DNA of 37,891 nucleotides from Eubacteriales bacterium (GCA_045120555.1 JBGVEZ010000138.1:1-37891), one strand, 5' to 3'. Positions 7,927 to 17,245 are shown, counted from the stretch's first letter. Notes: generated from the letters alone by a model not told the origin. Translations and numbers: made by a program.

Positions 7927-9078
7927 TTAAACCTCCAGATAATAGGTGTCGGGCCTTGCGGGATCAAAGCATTCGTTTGCCCACATAAGCGTTACCATGT
8001 CGCCGTCACCCAGATTCTCAATATTGTGAGTGTAGCCTGTCGGGATATCCACTACTTCAAGCTTGTCTCCCGAAACGAAATATTCATACACCTTACTTTC
8101 CCCGACCTTACGGAAGCGGATAACTCCCTTACCGGAAACAACGAGGAACTTTTCGTTCTTCGTGTGGTGCCAATGGTTTCCCTTAACGATTCCGGGCTTT
8201 GAAATATTCACCGAAACCTGTCCTCTTTCCTCGGTGCGGAACACCTCGGTAAAGCTGCCTCTCGCGTCAACGTTCATCGTCAGCGGATAGGAGAAGCCAT
8301 CCTCGGGCGGAAGATATGAAAGATAGGTTGCGTAAAGCTTCTTGGTAAGCGGATCCGACATATCGGCAACGCTTCTCTTCTCTCGGCTTTCCTTAAATGA
8401 AATAAGTGTATCCGCAAGCTCGCCGAGAGAGATCTTATGCGTTACGGGAACCTCGCAGAATTCTCCCGCTCTTGTCGGGTTTCCCGCAAGCGCACGGAGC
8501 ATTTCGGAAACGAGATCATCGATGTAGCAAAGCGTAAGCACAACGCTTCTGTCGTTAACGGTTATCGGCAGATCGTTTGCAATATTATTGCAGAACGTAG
8601 CGATAACGCTGTTGTAATTCGGTCTGCACCACTTTCCGAAGAGGTTCGGGAAGCGGTAAACCAGAACGTCAACGTTATTTTCCTTACCGTATGCAAAAAC
8701 TGCATCCTCGCCCGCCTTCTTGCTCTGACCGTACGGATTGTCAAGAGCCGCCTGAATGGAAGACGAGATCATTATCGGAGCCTTATTACCTACAGACTTG
8801 AGAGTATCGAGAAGGGTTGTAGTAAATCCGAAATTACCCTGCATAAATTCAGCGGTATCCTTTGGGCGGTTAACGCCTGCAAGGTGGAACACAAAATCAG
8901 CCTTTTTGCAATATTCGGGAAGGAGCACGGGATCGGTATCTATATCATAGAGATATATCTCACCTATCTCAAGTTCGGGATGAGTTCTGTCCTTGCCGTC
9001 ACGGATGCAAGCCAATGACTCGGACAGATTCTTACCTACAAAGCCGTATGCTCCGGTTATGAGAATATTCTTTTTCAT
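7927..9078 (-). CDS. fnlB: CapF/FnlB/WbjC-type reductase (SDR N-domain plus cupin C-domain) for UDP-L-FucNAc synthesis
   Basis: ILITGAYGFVGKNL Rossmann motif and a C-terminal cupin (GNHWHHTKNEKFLVVSG). The start is moved to ATG 9078 (MKKNILITG), 10 nt after the fnlA stop. Confidence 0.8.
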   Translation of the reverse strand: MKKNILITGAYGFVGKNLSESLACIRDGKDRTHPELEIGEIYLYDIDTDPVLLPEYCKKADFVFHLAGVNRPKDTAEFMQGNFGFTTTLLDTLKSVGNKAPIMISSSIQAALDNPYGQSKKAGEDAVFAYGKENNVDVLVYRFPNLFGKWCRPNYNSVIATFCNNIANDLPITVNDRSVVLTLCYIDDLVSEMLRALAGNPTRAGEFCEVPVTHKISLGELADTLISFKESREKRSVADMSDPLTKKLYATYLSYLPPEDGFSYPLTMNVDARGSFTEVFRTEERGQVSVNISKPGIVKGNHWHHTKNEKFLVVSGKGVIRFRKVGESKVYEYFVSGDKLEVVDIPTGYTHNIENLGDGDMVTLMWANECFDPARPDTYYLEV

Positions 9079-9088
9079 AAATTCACCG

Positions 9089-10135
9089 TCAGTCATCCAT
9101 GTTCTTGCCGGCAAGAACGCCCTGAATGTAGGGATTATCGAGGAGCTTCCGCTTTACGCGCTCAACGTCCCAGCAATCGGTGTTATTGGAGTTGAATTCG
9201 GTGAGCTTCTGTCTTCCGACGTTACCCTGATTGAAGTAGATATCGTAGTTAAGATCACGTGTATCGGCGGGTACACGGTAGAAGTTACCGAGGTCATATG
9301 CGTGAGAGCATTCCTCGTTTGTGAGAAGAGTCTCGTACATCTTTTCGCCGTGGCGGATACCGATCACCTTTATGTTATCTCTGTCGTAGTTGAATATATC
9401 GCAAACAGCCTCTGCAAGCGTCTTGATGGTGCATGCCGCTGCCTTCTGAACGAGAATATCGCCGTTGACACCGTGCTCAAACGCAAAGAGAACGAGATCT
9501 ACAGCCTCGTCGAGAGACATAATGAATCTTGTCATTGTAGGCTCGGTGATAGTGATGGGCTTGCCTGCCTTGATCTGATCGATCCAAAGCGGAATTACAG
9601 AGCCGCGAGAGCAAAGAACGTTGCCGTATCTTGTGCAGCAGATCTTGGTCTTTCCGTCAACGACCGTTCTCGACTTTGCGATAACGACCTTTTCCATCAT
9701 TGCCTTACTTGTACCCATAGCATTTACAGGATATGCCGCCTTATCGGTGGAAAGGCAGATAACTCGCTCGACGCCCGCCTCGATTGCCGCAGTAAGAACG
9801 TTGTCCGTGCCGAAAACGTTTGTCTTGACCGCCTCCATCGGGAAGAACTCACACGAAGGGACCTGCTTGAGTGCCGCCGCGTGGAAGAGGAAGTTTACGC
9901 CGTGGATGGCGTTCTTAACGCTTGCGATATCTCTTACGTCACCTATAAAAAACTTTACTTTATTAACAGCCTCGGGATAGTAGACCTGAATGTCGTGTCT
10001 CATCTTATCCTGCTTCTTTTCGTCACGTGAGAAAATTCTGATCTCCTTAAGATCGGAATTGATAAATCTTTTGAGAACAGCATTACCGAACGAGCCGGTG
10101 CCGCCGCTTATCATAAGAACCTTGTCTTTAAACAT
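9089..10135 (-). CDS. fnlA: UDP-GlcNAc 4,6-dehydratase/5-epimerase (CapE/FnlA/WbjB type)
   Basis: VLMISGGTGSFGNAVLKRF and FHAAALKQVP are polysacc_synt_2/CapE family motifs. RBS GGAGG lies 7 nt upstream. Confidence 0.86.
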   Translation of the reverse strand: MFKDKVLMISGGTGSFGNAVLKRFINSDLKEIRIFSRDEKKQDKMRHDIQVYYPEAVNKVKFFIGDVRDIASVKNAIHGVNFLFHAAALKQVPSCEFFPMEAVKTNVFGTDNVLTAAIEAGVERVICLSTDKAAYPVNAMGTSKAMMEKVVIAKSRTVVDGKTKICCTRYGNVLCSRGSVIPLWIDQIKAGKPITITEPTMTRFIMSLDEAVDLVLFAFEHGVNGDILVQKAAACTIKTLAEAVCDIFNYDRDNIKVIGIRHGEKMYETLLTNEECSHAYDLGNFYRVPADTRDLNYDIYFNQGNVGRQKLTEFNSNNTDCWDVERVKRKLLDNPYIQGVLAGKNMDD

Positions 10136-10174
10136 AGATAGCCTCCGTTAGGAATTTATAATATACCAACATAT

Positions 10175-10203
10175 ATTATATCATAAAAACTCCTTTTTGT
10201 CAA
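10175..10203 (-). promoter_or_regulatory. Consensus promoter for fnlABC (TTGACA-17nt-TATAAT on the minus strand)
   Basis: The reverse complement reads TTGACAaaaaggagtttttatgaTATAAT. The -35 is at 10198-10203 and the -10 at 10175-10180. Confidence 0.6.
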
Positions 10204-10244
10204 TAGATTACTTGAATTACTTGAAATTTAGCTCTTATTCACAG

Positions 10245-10280
10245 AAAAAGCTCCCGCAAACGCAAAAGCGAGAACGGGAG
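10245..10280 (-). terminator. Intrinsic terminator after the AAE transporter gene
   Basis: The minus strand reads CTCCCG...CGGGAG (10251-10280), followed by CTTTTTC. Confidence 0.65.
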
Positions 10281-10293
10281 ACGTGTTATAAAA

Positions 10294-11529
10294 TCAGAGA
10301 AACAGCATTATTATCAGCTGTGACGAAACGACGACCGAAATAAGGGAGATGGGATAGGTTGCAGCGTAAGCAGAAGCAACGTCCTCAGTTCCGGCAACGT
10401 TGATAAGTGTTCCGAGCGCGGGGGTGGATGTCATACCGCCGGTAATAGAACCGAGAATATTCAGAAGATTGAGCTTCAGAACGAACTTTGCAAAGATAAA
10501 TCCTATAACCATCGGCATAACGGTCATGATTGCGCCGTAAATGAAGTATATGGGCTCAAAGCACTCCACGAATTTCGCTCCGCCCGCAATTCCTGCACCG
10601 GTAAGGAAGAGCATAAGTCCGAATTCACGAAAAACCTTAAGAGTATGTGTAGGGGGCATGATCTTCACAGGACCGATGTGGTTGAAGTGTCCGAAAACGA
10701 GTGCGGTGAGAAGGCATCCGCCGGTGGTTGTAAGCGAGAACGCACCAAACTTTATCGAGCCGAGGATCATACCGATAATAGCCGCAACAGCGAACGGAGC
10801 GATTCCGAAGCCGTCAAGCTCGATCAGCTTCTTTTGGCTTTTAACCTCTATCGGATCCTCACCCGATGCACCTGCAGATTTGTCTGCGCCTGCAAGCTTT
10901 TCGCGCTCAACAGCCATATCCGCTTTAAGAAATTTGGGTATGAGCTGAACGAAGAGAACAACGCCGATTACGCCGAAAACGTATGCAATGCCGTTACCTA
11001 CAGACACGTAGTCAGCAAGCTCTGCACCGACAGACTCCTTGGATGCAGAGAATGCGGGAGTTGAGGTCAAGGCGCCTGAAAAAAGACCGGTCATAATGGA
11101 AACGAGCTCCTCCTTGGGATTATCCATAGTTCCGAGAGCGATTGCAGTACATCCAACGCACACAAGTGCGCCCGATATGATAATTACAAGGCCGAGAAGA
11201 ATATATGTTTTGAAGTTCTTTTTGAGGTCACCGAAGAACTTGGGACCTGCAATAAAGCCAACTGAGGTTACAAAAAGAATAAGGCCGATGCTTTCCACGA
11301 TGCTGAGCGCATTTTTAGTGTATTCAGCAGTCTGTGCGGCAAGATCTTCGTAGAAAAGGCATCCGTAAAGAAGAGCAATAAGAAATACTCCCGCGGTTCC
11401 GAGATTAACGCCCTTTATCGTAATGCGTCCGAGGCAGTAGCCGACCGCCGCAATTGCGAGAACGGAAAAGATGAGAAAAGATACGCCTGTTATTGAAAGC
11501 TGTACAAATCCGAGATCTATAAGTTTCAT
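10294..11529 (-). CDS. AAE-family (aspartate:alanine exchanger / SucE-like) transporter, two-repeat permease without TrkA-C domains
   Basis: Two homologous hydrophobic halves are separated by a charged loop. The N-terminus (GRITIKGVNLGTAGVFLIALL) and the second half (GSIKFGAFSLTTTGGCLLTAL) resemble the duplicated Asp-Al_Ex repeat. Confidence 0.65.
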   Translation of the reverse strand: MKLIDLGFVQLSITGVSFLIFSVLAIAAVGYCLGRITIKGVNLGTAGVFLIALLYGCLFYEDLAAQTAEYTKNALSIVESIGLILFVTSVGFIAGPKFFGDLKKNFKTYILLGLVIIISGALVCVGCTAIALGTMDNPKEELVSIMTGLFSGALTSTPAFSASKESVGAELADYVSVGNGIAYVFGVIGVVLFVQLIPKFLKADMAVEREKLAGADKSAGASGEDPIEVKSQKKLIELDGFGIAPFAVAAIIGMILGSIKFGAFSLTTTGGCLLTALVFGHFNHIGPVKIMPPTHTLKVFREFGLMLFLTGAGIAGGAKFVECFEPIYFIYGAIMTVMPMVIGFIFAKFVLKLNLLNILGSITGGMTSTPALGTLINVAGTEDVASAYAATYPISLISVVVSSQLIIMLFL

Positions 11530-11570
11530 TTAATAATTTGCCTCCAAAAAGTTATAAATAGGTTCACGCA

Positions 11571-11601
11571 GTCACACCCCGCGCTGAGCGCAGGGCGTGA
11601 C
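11571..11601 (-). other. Strand-specific 14-bp intercistronic RNA stem-loop between the frdA-like gene and the transporter
   Basis: The arms are 11571-11584 and 11588-11601. Two positions are A-C mismatches if transcribed from the + strand but G-U wobbles in the minus-strand RNA. No U-tract follows on the minus strand. Confidence 0.5.
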
Positions 11602-11613
11602 AACTTTTATATA

Positions 11614-13245
11614 TTATTTTGCTTCGAAACGGGGATTACCGTGTGTATATCTGGGGAGAAGAACAGGAGAAACCTTATCGGTTACGATACCTGCTTCCTT
11701 GAGTTCCTCAGCGAAAGCGTTAACGTGCTCGAGAGTAAGCTCGCCGACTGTCGTTTCCTTAGCAGCCTTTGCAGCGTTGATACCTGCGTTTCTACCGAAT
11801 ACGATGATGTCGAGGAGGGAGTTACCCATAAGTCTGTTTTCACCGTGGATACCGCCAACTGCTTCACCTGCAACGAAGAGGTTCTCAACGTCAGCCATAC
11901 CGTTAGCGCCGATCTTGATACCGCCGTTCTGGTAGTGGAGTGTGGGGTAGATGAGAATGGGCTGCTTACGCATATCGATACCGTACTTGAGGTACATACG
12001 CATCATAGCGGGGATTCTCTTTTCGATCGTTCCCTCACCGTGGAGTGCTTCGATCATGGGAGAGTCAAGCCAGATGCCGTAGCCGCCGTCGGGAGTAGCA
12101 ACGCCCTTGCCTCTTTCCTTGCATTCACGGATGATGGATGCAGCGGAAACGTCACGTGTCTCGAGGGGATTCATGAATGCTTCGCCCTCTGCGTTGATAA
12201 GCTGTGCACCGATGGATCTTACCTTCTCTGTTACGAGAGCACCGAAGATCTGGGAGGGGTACGCAACGCCTGTGGGATGGTACTGAAGAGTGTAAGCATA
12301 GAGGAGAGGTGCGCCTGCGCGGTATGCGAGAACGAGACCGTCAGCTGTTGCGCCGTAGTGGTTGGACGTGGGGAAGCCCTGATAGTGCATACGGCCTGCA
12401 CCGCCTGTTGCGATAACTACGGTCTTAGCCTTTGCGATAAGGAGCTCCTTGGTTTCCATGTTCATAAGAACAGCACCTGCAGCCTTGCCTTCCTTATCCT
12501 TGATGATCTCGATAGCAGCAGTGAAGTCAACTACCGGAATACCTCTGTTTACGACCTCGTCACGGAGAACACGCATGATCTCTGCACCGGAGTAGTCCTT
12601 GCAGGCATGCATTCTCTTGCGGGATGTACCGCCACCGTGAGTTGTAACCATAGTACCGTCAGCTTCCTTATCGAACATAACGCCGAGATCGTTGAGCCAC
12701 TTGATGGAGTTGGGGCCTTCGGTAACGAGCTTTTCGAGAAGCTCGGGAACGTTCTTGAAGTGACCGCCGCCGAGAGCGTCGATGTAGTGGATAGCGGGAG
12801 AGTCGTTGGGCTTATCTGCAGCCAGGATTCCACCCTCTGCCATCATTGTGTTAGCGTCGCCGTGGCGAAGCTTGGTAACGATCATGGCGTTTGCGCCGTT
12901 CTCGTTAGCCATGATTGCAGCCGCGCTACCTGCTCCGCCGCCACCGATGATTAGAACGTCAACGTCGTAATCGGGGTTTGAGAGGTCGATATCTGCGGGA
13001 TTGATGCGGCTGTTAGCCTGAAGGATCTCAGCAAGCTCAAGCGGAACCTTTTCGCCCTTGTTGGGACCCATCTTGAGGGTTGCGAACTGAGATGTGATAT
13101 AGTCGGGATGGAAAGCCGCAAGAACAGCGTCCTTTTCTTCTGCGGTCATACGGCGGGGGTTCTCGCCTGCATTGACCTTTGCAAGACGTTCTGCACGAGT
13201 TGCTTCAACCTTTTTTATAGATTCGAGCATATCCTGTGTATACAT
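11614..13245 (-). CDS. Fumarate reductase/succinate dehydrogenase-family FAD flavoprotein (FrdA/TfrA-like), soluble
   Basis: IIGGGGAGSAAA, QYHPTG, LVTEKVRSIGA (catalytic Arg position) and GGIHGENRLMGNSLLDIIVFG. RBS AGGAGG lies 8 nt upstream. There is a ~93-aa N-terminal extension. Confidence 0.8.
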   Translation of the reverse strand: MYTQDMLESIKKVEATRAERLAKVNAGENPRRMTAEEKDAVLAAFHPDYITSQFATLKMGPNKGEKVPLELAEILQANSRINPADIDLSNPDYDVDVLIIGGGGAGSAAAIMANENGANAMIVTKLRHGDANTMMAEGGILAADKPNDSPAIHYIDALGGGHFKNVPELLEKLVTEGPNSIKWLNDLGVMFDKEADGTMVTTHGGGTSRKRMHACKDYSGAEIMRVLRDEVVNRGIPVVDFTAAIEIIKDKEGKAAGAVLMNMETKELLIAKAKTVVIATGGAGRMHYQGFPTSNHYGATADGLVLAYRAGAPLLYAYTLQYHPTGVAYPSQIFGALVTEKVRSIGAQLINAEGEAFMNPLETRDVSAASIIRECKERGKGVATPDGGYGIWLDSPMIEALHGEGTIEKRIPAMMRMYLKYGIDMRKQPILIYPTLHYQNGGIKIGANGMADVENLFVAGEAVGGIHGENRLMGNSLLDIIVFGRNAGINAAKAAKETTVGELTLEHVNAFAEELKEAGIVTDKVSPVLLPRYTHGNPRFEAK

Positions 13246-13259
13246 ATTCAGCTTCCTCC

Positions 13260-13934
13260 TTATTTCTCAATTTCTCTTGTGTTGTAGAGCTCCTTAAGCT
13301 CTTCAAGAGGCTTCTGCATAAGCGATTCGATGATCGCCTTGAAATCACCGTTGAGTATCTCCTGAACTCTTGCCTCGAGGTGCTCGGAGGTGGGAGCGAG
13401 ATACTTACCCGTAAGTCTTCTGGAGAGAAGACCTACCTGAGGATGTGTGATACCTGCAGGGCAACGGGAGGAGCAGATTCCGCACATTACGCAGTCGAAG
13501 GATTCTTCAGCGCACTTTTCAAGCTCGCCTCTCTGCGCGTATGCTATGTACTGCATAACGTTAAGCTCCTGGGGACATACCTTTGTACAAGCGTTACAGC
13601 CAACGCAGGAGTAGATCTCGGGATAGAGCTGCATCATGATGCGCTCGGTGGGCTTTACGTTTTCGATATCGTAGGGCTGCTTTACAAGGGGGAAGAAGGG
13701 GAGAGTTGCAACGTACATATTGTCCTCAACCTGAGTCTGGCAAGCGAGGCAAGCCTTGAGCTCTCTGTCGCCCTTGATTCTGTAGATGGTAGCGCACGCG
13801 CCGCAGAAGCCGCAACGGCATCCGCATCCGCGAACGAGCTGGTAGCCGGCATATTCCATTGCGCCCATGATAGTGAGGCTTGCCGGTACTGTATACTGTT
13901 TACCGAAAAGGTATACATTAACTGTTTTTTCCAT
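13260..13934 (-). CDS. FrdB/SdhB-like iron-sulfur subunit (2Fe-2S plus two 4Fe-4S motifs)
   Basis: The N-terminal Cys pattern is GCGCRCGFCGACATIY...CLAC. It is followed by CVGCNACTKVCP and CVMCGICSSRCP. Confidence 0.72.
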   Translation of the reverse strand: MEKTVNVYLFGKQYTVPASLTIMGAMEYAGYQLVRGCGCRCGFCGACATIYRIKGDRELKACLACQTQVEDNMYVATLPFFPLVKQPYDIENVKPTERIMMQLYPEIYSCVGCNACTKVCPQELNVMQYIAYAQRGELEKCAEESFDCVMCGICSSRCPAGITHPQVGLLSRRLTGKYLAPTSEHLEARVQEILNGDFKAIIESLMQKPLEELKELYNTREIEK

Positions 13935-13966
13935 TATAGCGTTTTCCTTTCAAATCAAGTTTAGAA

Positions 13967-14800
13967 TTAATACTCATCGGGAAGCTCGCCAAGGGCATCG
14001 AATCTGAATACAGGTCCGTCCTTGCAAACGTATTTATCACCGATGTTGCAGCGTCCGCACTTACCGACACCGCACTTCATTTTAAGTTCCATTGTTGTGT
14101 AGACCTGAGTCTTGTCAAAGCCCAGCTCCATAAGACCCTGGAGTGTGAACTTGATCATGATAGGGGGTCCGCAAAGGAGAACCGTCTTGTTGGGAGTGAA
14201 TTCGAGCTCCTTAACGTAGGTAGGAACGAATCCGACGTGTCCGTCCCAGCCGTCCTGAGGACGGTCGATGGTAAGGTGAACGTTAACACCCTCGGATGTC
14301 ATCCATTCGTCGATGATCTCCTTATAGTCTACGAGGTCGTCCATGGAACGGGAGCCGTAAACTATATCAATCTTACCGTATCTGTCACGGTAATGGCGGC
14401 AGTAGTTGATTACCGAGCGGAGAGGAGCAAGACCGATACCGCCCGCGATGAAGAGCAGGTCCTGACCGACAAGCTCTGTATCAACCGGGAATGCGTTACC
14501 GTAAGGGCCTCTGATGGTAACCTGCTGACCGGGCTCCATTGCGTGAAGCCAGGTTGTAAGGCATCCGCACTTCTTGATGCTGAATTCCATAAACTCGGTG
14601 TTTGTAGGAGAGGACGTGATGGAGAACATAGCCTCGCCTACACCGGGAATAGAGAGCATTGCGCACTGACCGGGCTTGTGCTCAAAGCACTTACCGCTTC
14701 CGTCTGCCGCAATGACACGGAATGTTTTTACGTCGGGCGTATCGATTCTTACGTCGGTTACGACGCCGAGCATAGGTATAAGTGTATCCTTTTCAATCAT
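13967..14800 (-). CDS. FAD/NAD(P)H-binding reductase with C-terminal 2Fe-2S (FlxA/AsrB/HydG/PyrK-like)
   Basis: FNR-like fold marks (KPGQCAMLSIPG, FIAGGIGLAPL, LLCGPPIM) and a C-terminal CGVGKCGRCN...C cluster. The start overlaps the upstream stop as ATGA. Confidence 0.75.
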   Translation of the reverse strand: MIEKDTLIPMLGVVTDVRIDTPDVKTFRVIAADGSGKCFEHKPGQCAMLSIPGVGEAMFSITSSPTNTEFMEFSIKKCGCLTTWLHAMEPGQQVTIRGPYGNAFPVDTELVGQDLLFIAGGIGLAPLRSVINYCRHYRDRYGKIDIVYGSRSMDDLVDYKEIIDEWMTSEGVNVHLTIDRPQDGWDGHVGFVPTYVKELEFTPNKTVLLCGPPIMIKFTLQGLMELGFDKTQVYTTMELKMKCGVGKCGRCNIGDKYVCKDGPVFRFDALGELPDEY

Positions 14801-15831
14801 TGCTTGTCTTCTCCTTTTGCAAGCTCACGGATAACGCCTGCGATATTTTTGGAAACGGGGCATGCAGCAACGCATCTTCCGCATCCTACGCAACCGAAGA
14901 TACCTTCGTTGTTTGCGGGATAGTAAACGAGCTTATGCATAAATCTCTGACGGAAGCGTTCTACCTGAGAGGTTCTCGGGTTACCGTGCGCCATCTTTGT
15001 AAAGTCGGAGTACATGCAGCTGTCCCAGCAGCGGAATCTCTTGATACCGTCACCGGTGTTGAATTCTCTTATGTCGTAGCACTGGCAGGTGGGGCATACG
15101 AAGGTACACGTACCACAGCCGAGGCATGCTTCGGACATAGACTTCCACTTTTCGGAGTAGAAGAGCTCCTTGAGCTCCTTTTCGCTGATCTTATCAAGCG
15201 GAACGTTTGCAAGCGGAAGCTTTTCGAGAATCTTCTTTGTGTTTTCCTTGGTTTCTGTAAGCTCCTCGGCACATGCGTCCTCGCAAACAGCATCTATAGC
15301 AGCTGCAAGAGCTTCTGCCTTTTCTGTGAGGCACTCGATGTAAAGGTAATCACCCGAGATCCAAGCGGAAGCATCGCCTGCAGGCTCTGTGGGATCTATA
15401 CCGAACGCGGTACAGAAGCAGGTTTCGGAGGGTCTTGTACAAGCGAGAGTTACGATGATGCCGTTTTCTCTTCTTGTCTTATAGTAGCTGTCAACGGGAT
15501 CTACAAGGAATACTCTGTCGAGAAGAGCGGAGCTCTTTGCATCGCAAGCGCGAACACCGAAAACAACGTACTTTTCGTTAAGGCTCTCGTCAACCGAGGG
15601 AACGATCTCAATGCTCTTCCCCTTCATCTTGAAGTCAACGAGGTTTTCGCTCTGCGGGAAGTAGAAGTCCTTAACCGAACGGCCCGTGTTTACGTATTCG
15701 TAGGTAAGCTCGCCGGTTCCGTATTTTCTGAATTCAACGGAGGGACCGCACTTTGTGGGAACGTAGAGGTTTCTTGTTTCGCCTATCTTCTCAAAGAGAG
15801 CGGATACAGCGGAAAGCTTGATCTTTTTCAT
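14797..15831 (-). CDS. Iron-sulfur protein, AsrA/HydB-like (FlxB-like)
   Basis: Two ferredoxin-type motifs (CLGCGTCTFVCPTC and CVGCGRCVAACP) and an N-terminal domain resembling anaerobic sulfite reductase subunit A. It has a 1-nt overlap with the upstream gene. Confidence 0.62.
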   Translation of the reverse strand: MKKIKLSAVSALFEKIGETRNLYVPTKCGPSVEFRKYGTGELTYEYVNTGRSVKDFYFPQSENLVDFKMKGKSIEIVPSVDESLNEKYVVFGVRACDAKSSALLDRVFLVDPVDSYYKTRRENGIIVTLACTRPSETCFCTAFGIDPTEPAGDASAWISGDYLYIECLTEKAEALAAAIDAVCEDACAEELTETKENTKKILEKLPLANVPLDKISEKELKELFYSEKWKSMSEACLGCGTCTFVCPTCQCYDIREFNTGDGIKRFRCWDSCMYSDFTKMAHGNPRTSQVERFRQRFMHKLVYYPANNEGIFGCVGCGRCVAACPVSKNIAGVIRELAKGEDKQ

Positions 15832-16817
15832 CAGCAGTTACCCCTTTCTTTAACGATGCTCGGTTCAACGTCTTCCTTTGTGAAGGTGAGTACCGTGGGT
15901 TTTGTCTCGCTGTCCTCACCGGAAACGTACTCGCCGTAGAATTCGTTACCGTCCTTGATAAACTTACGGTTAAGGAGGTGGAGCGGAATTCTCTGAGGAC
16001 AAACTCTTGAGCATTCGCCGCAGTCGGTACAACGGCCGCAAACGTGGAACGCTCTTATAATATGGAACATATTTTCCTCGAACGTATCGGTATTTGCCTT
16101 TGAAGCGATACCGGATTCGTCGTTATCAAATACGCACTTGAGGCATGAGCAAGCGGGGCAAGCGTTACGGCATGCGTTACATCTGATACATCTGGAAAGC
16201 TCGCCTCTCCAGAACTCGTATCTTTCAGCAGCTGTCATAGCCTCGAGCTTTGCTACCTCGTCAAAACGGTCTGCACCGTATGTTTTCGTATTTTCTTCAT
16301 TTACAACGATAGTCTCGTCGAACACCTTGTGTTCCTTGCCCTTGCAGCAGAGGCATCTTTCAAGAAGGATATCTGCCTTTGCAAATTCCTTATCGCCGTA
16401 AAGAGTATTTACGGTAACGGTGTCGCCGTTGTCAACGAAGCCGAGAAGACCGATAACTCCGGCATCTCTGATCTTGTTGACGTCAAGGTTGCCTGCACAT
16501 TCAACGCCTACGATATAGAGCTTTGCTCTGTCGATTCTGTGCTCACGGATGAGCGCGTTAAGAGAATACGTATCGCAGGGCTTTGCGAAGACGAGGGTGC
16601 TTCCCTCCTTCGGGCATTCCTTGATAAGATATTTGGAGAGGTTGGGGCCGCAGAAATCATCGTATACGAGCTCGTCAAGCTCCTCAACACTCTCGAAGAT
16701 CGCAGGTACTGCATCGTAGAAGAACTCGCCTCTCTTCCAGCCGAGAACACGTGCAACCGTTCCCTCTGCGAGAAGCTTTGCAGCCTTTTCCTTCATTAAA
16801 GAAATTATTTCTTGCAT
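15831..16817 (-). CDS. Iron-sulfur protein (FlxC-like), C-terminal 2x[4Fe-4S] motifs
   Basis: CIRCNACRNACPAC and CGRCTDCGECSRVCP. RBS GGAGGA lies 6 nt upstream, and the start overlaps the mvhD-like stop by 13 nt. The family assignment is tentative. Confidence 0.55.
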   Translation of the reverse strand: MQEIISLMKEKAAKLLAEGTVARVLGWKRGEFFYDAVPAIFESVEELDELVYDDFCGPNLSKYLIKECPKEGSTLVFAKPCDTYSLNALIREHRIDRAKLYIVGVECAGNLDVNKIRDAGVIGLLGFVDNGDTVTVNTLYGDKEFAKADILLERCLCCKGKEHKVFDETIVVNEENTKTYGADRFDEVAKLEAMTAAERYEFWRGELSRCIRCNACRNACPACSCLKCVFDNDESGIASKANTDTFEENMFHIIRAFHVCGRCTDCGECSRVCPQRIPLHLLNRKFIKDGNEFYGEYVSGEDSETKPTVLTFTKEDVEPSIVKERGNC

Positions 16818-17245
16818 CTGAGGTCCTCCAGTCTTCTGTTCTCGCCAAGCTCTGTGATCTTAGCAACGAATTCATTCATGGTTGCGGCAAACTTCGCGCC
16901 CTCCGCAGCGGAGATCCATTCAACTCTCGTTCTCTCTCTCTCGATACCGAGGTAGTCGAGCATGGAGAAGAGGAGGGTCATACGGCGGCGGGTAAAGTAG
17001 TTACCTGTGGAATAGTGGCAGTCTCCGGGGTGGCATCCTGCGAGGATAACGCCGTCTGCGCCTCTCTGGAAGGCACGGAGAACGAACATGGGATTAACGC
17101 GGCAGGAGCAGGGCACGCGAATGATCTTAACGTTTGCGGGATAGTTAAGTCTACCCGTTCCAGCAAGGTCAGCGCCCGCATAGGAGCACCAGTTGCAGCA
17201 GAACGCTACGATCTTGGGTTCAAAAGGCTTATTTACATCTTGCAT
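16805..17245 (-). CDS. mvhD: MvhD/FlpD-family protein (FlxD-like electron-transfer subunit)
   Basis: FCCNWCSYAGADLAG...VPCSCRVNP...AGCHPGDCHY is the MvhD signature. It overlaps hdrA by 13 nt. Confidence 0.85.
   Translation of the reverse strand: MQDVNKPFEPKIVAFCCNWCSYAGADLAGTGRLNYPANVKIIRVPCSCRVNPMFVLRAFQRGADGVILAGCHPGDCHYSTGNYFTRRRMTLLFSMLDYLGIERERTRVEWISAAEGAKFAATMNEFVAKITELGENRRLEDLRCKK

Noticed and set aside
10208-10226. Tandem 9-bp repeat TTACTTGAA x2 upstream of the fnlA promoter, and ATTTTACAA x2 at 28763-28782.
   Set aside because: Only two short copies each in AT-rich intergenic DNA, which is compatible with chance. No partner motif occurs elsewhere in the window.
13967-16817. Reading the AsrA-like and AsrB-like genes as an anaerobic sulfite reductase (asrABC).
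   Set aside because: No AsrC (siroheme catalytic subunit) gene is present. The pair is embedded between mvhD/hdrA and frdBA-like genes, matching the Flx-type module instead.
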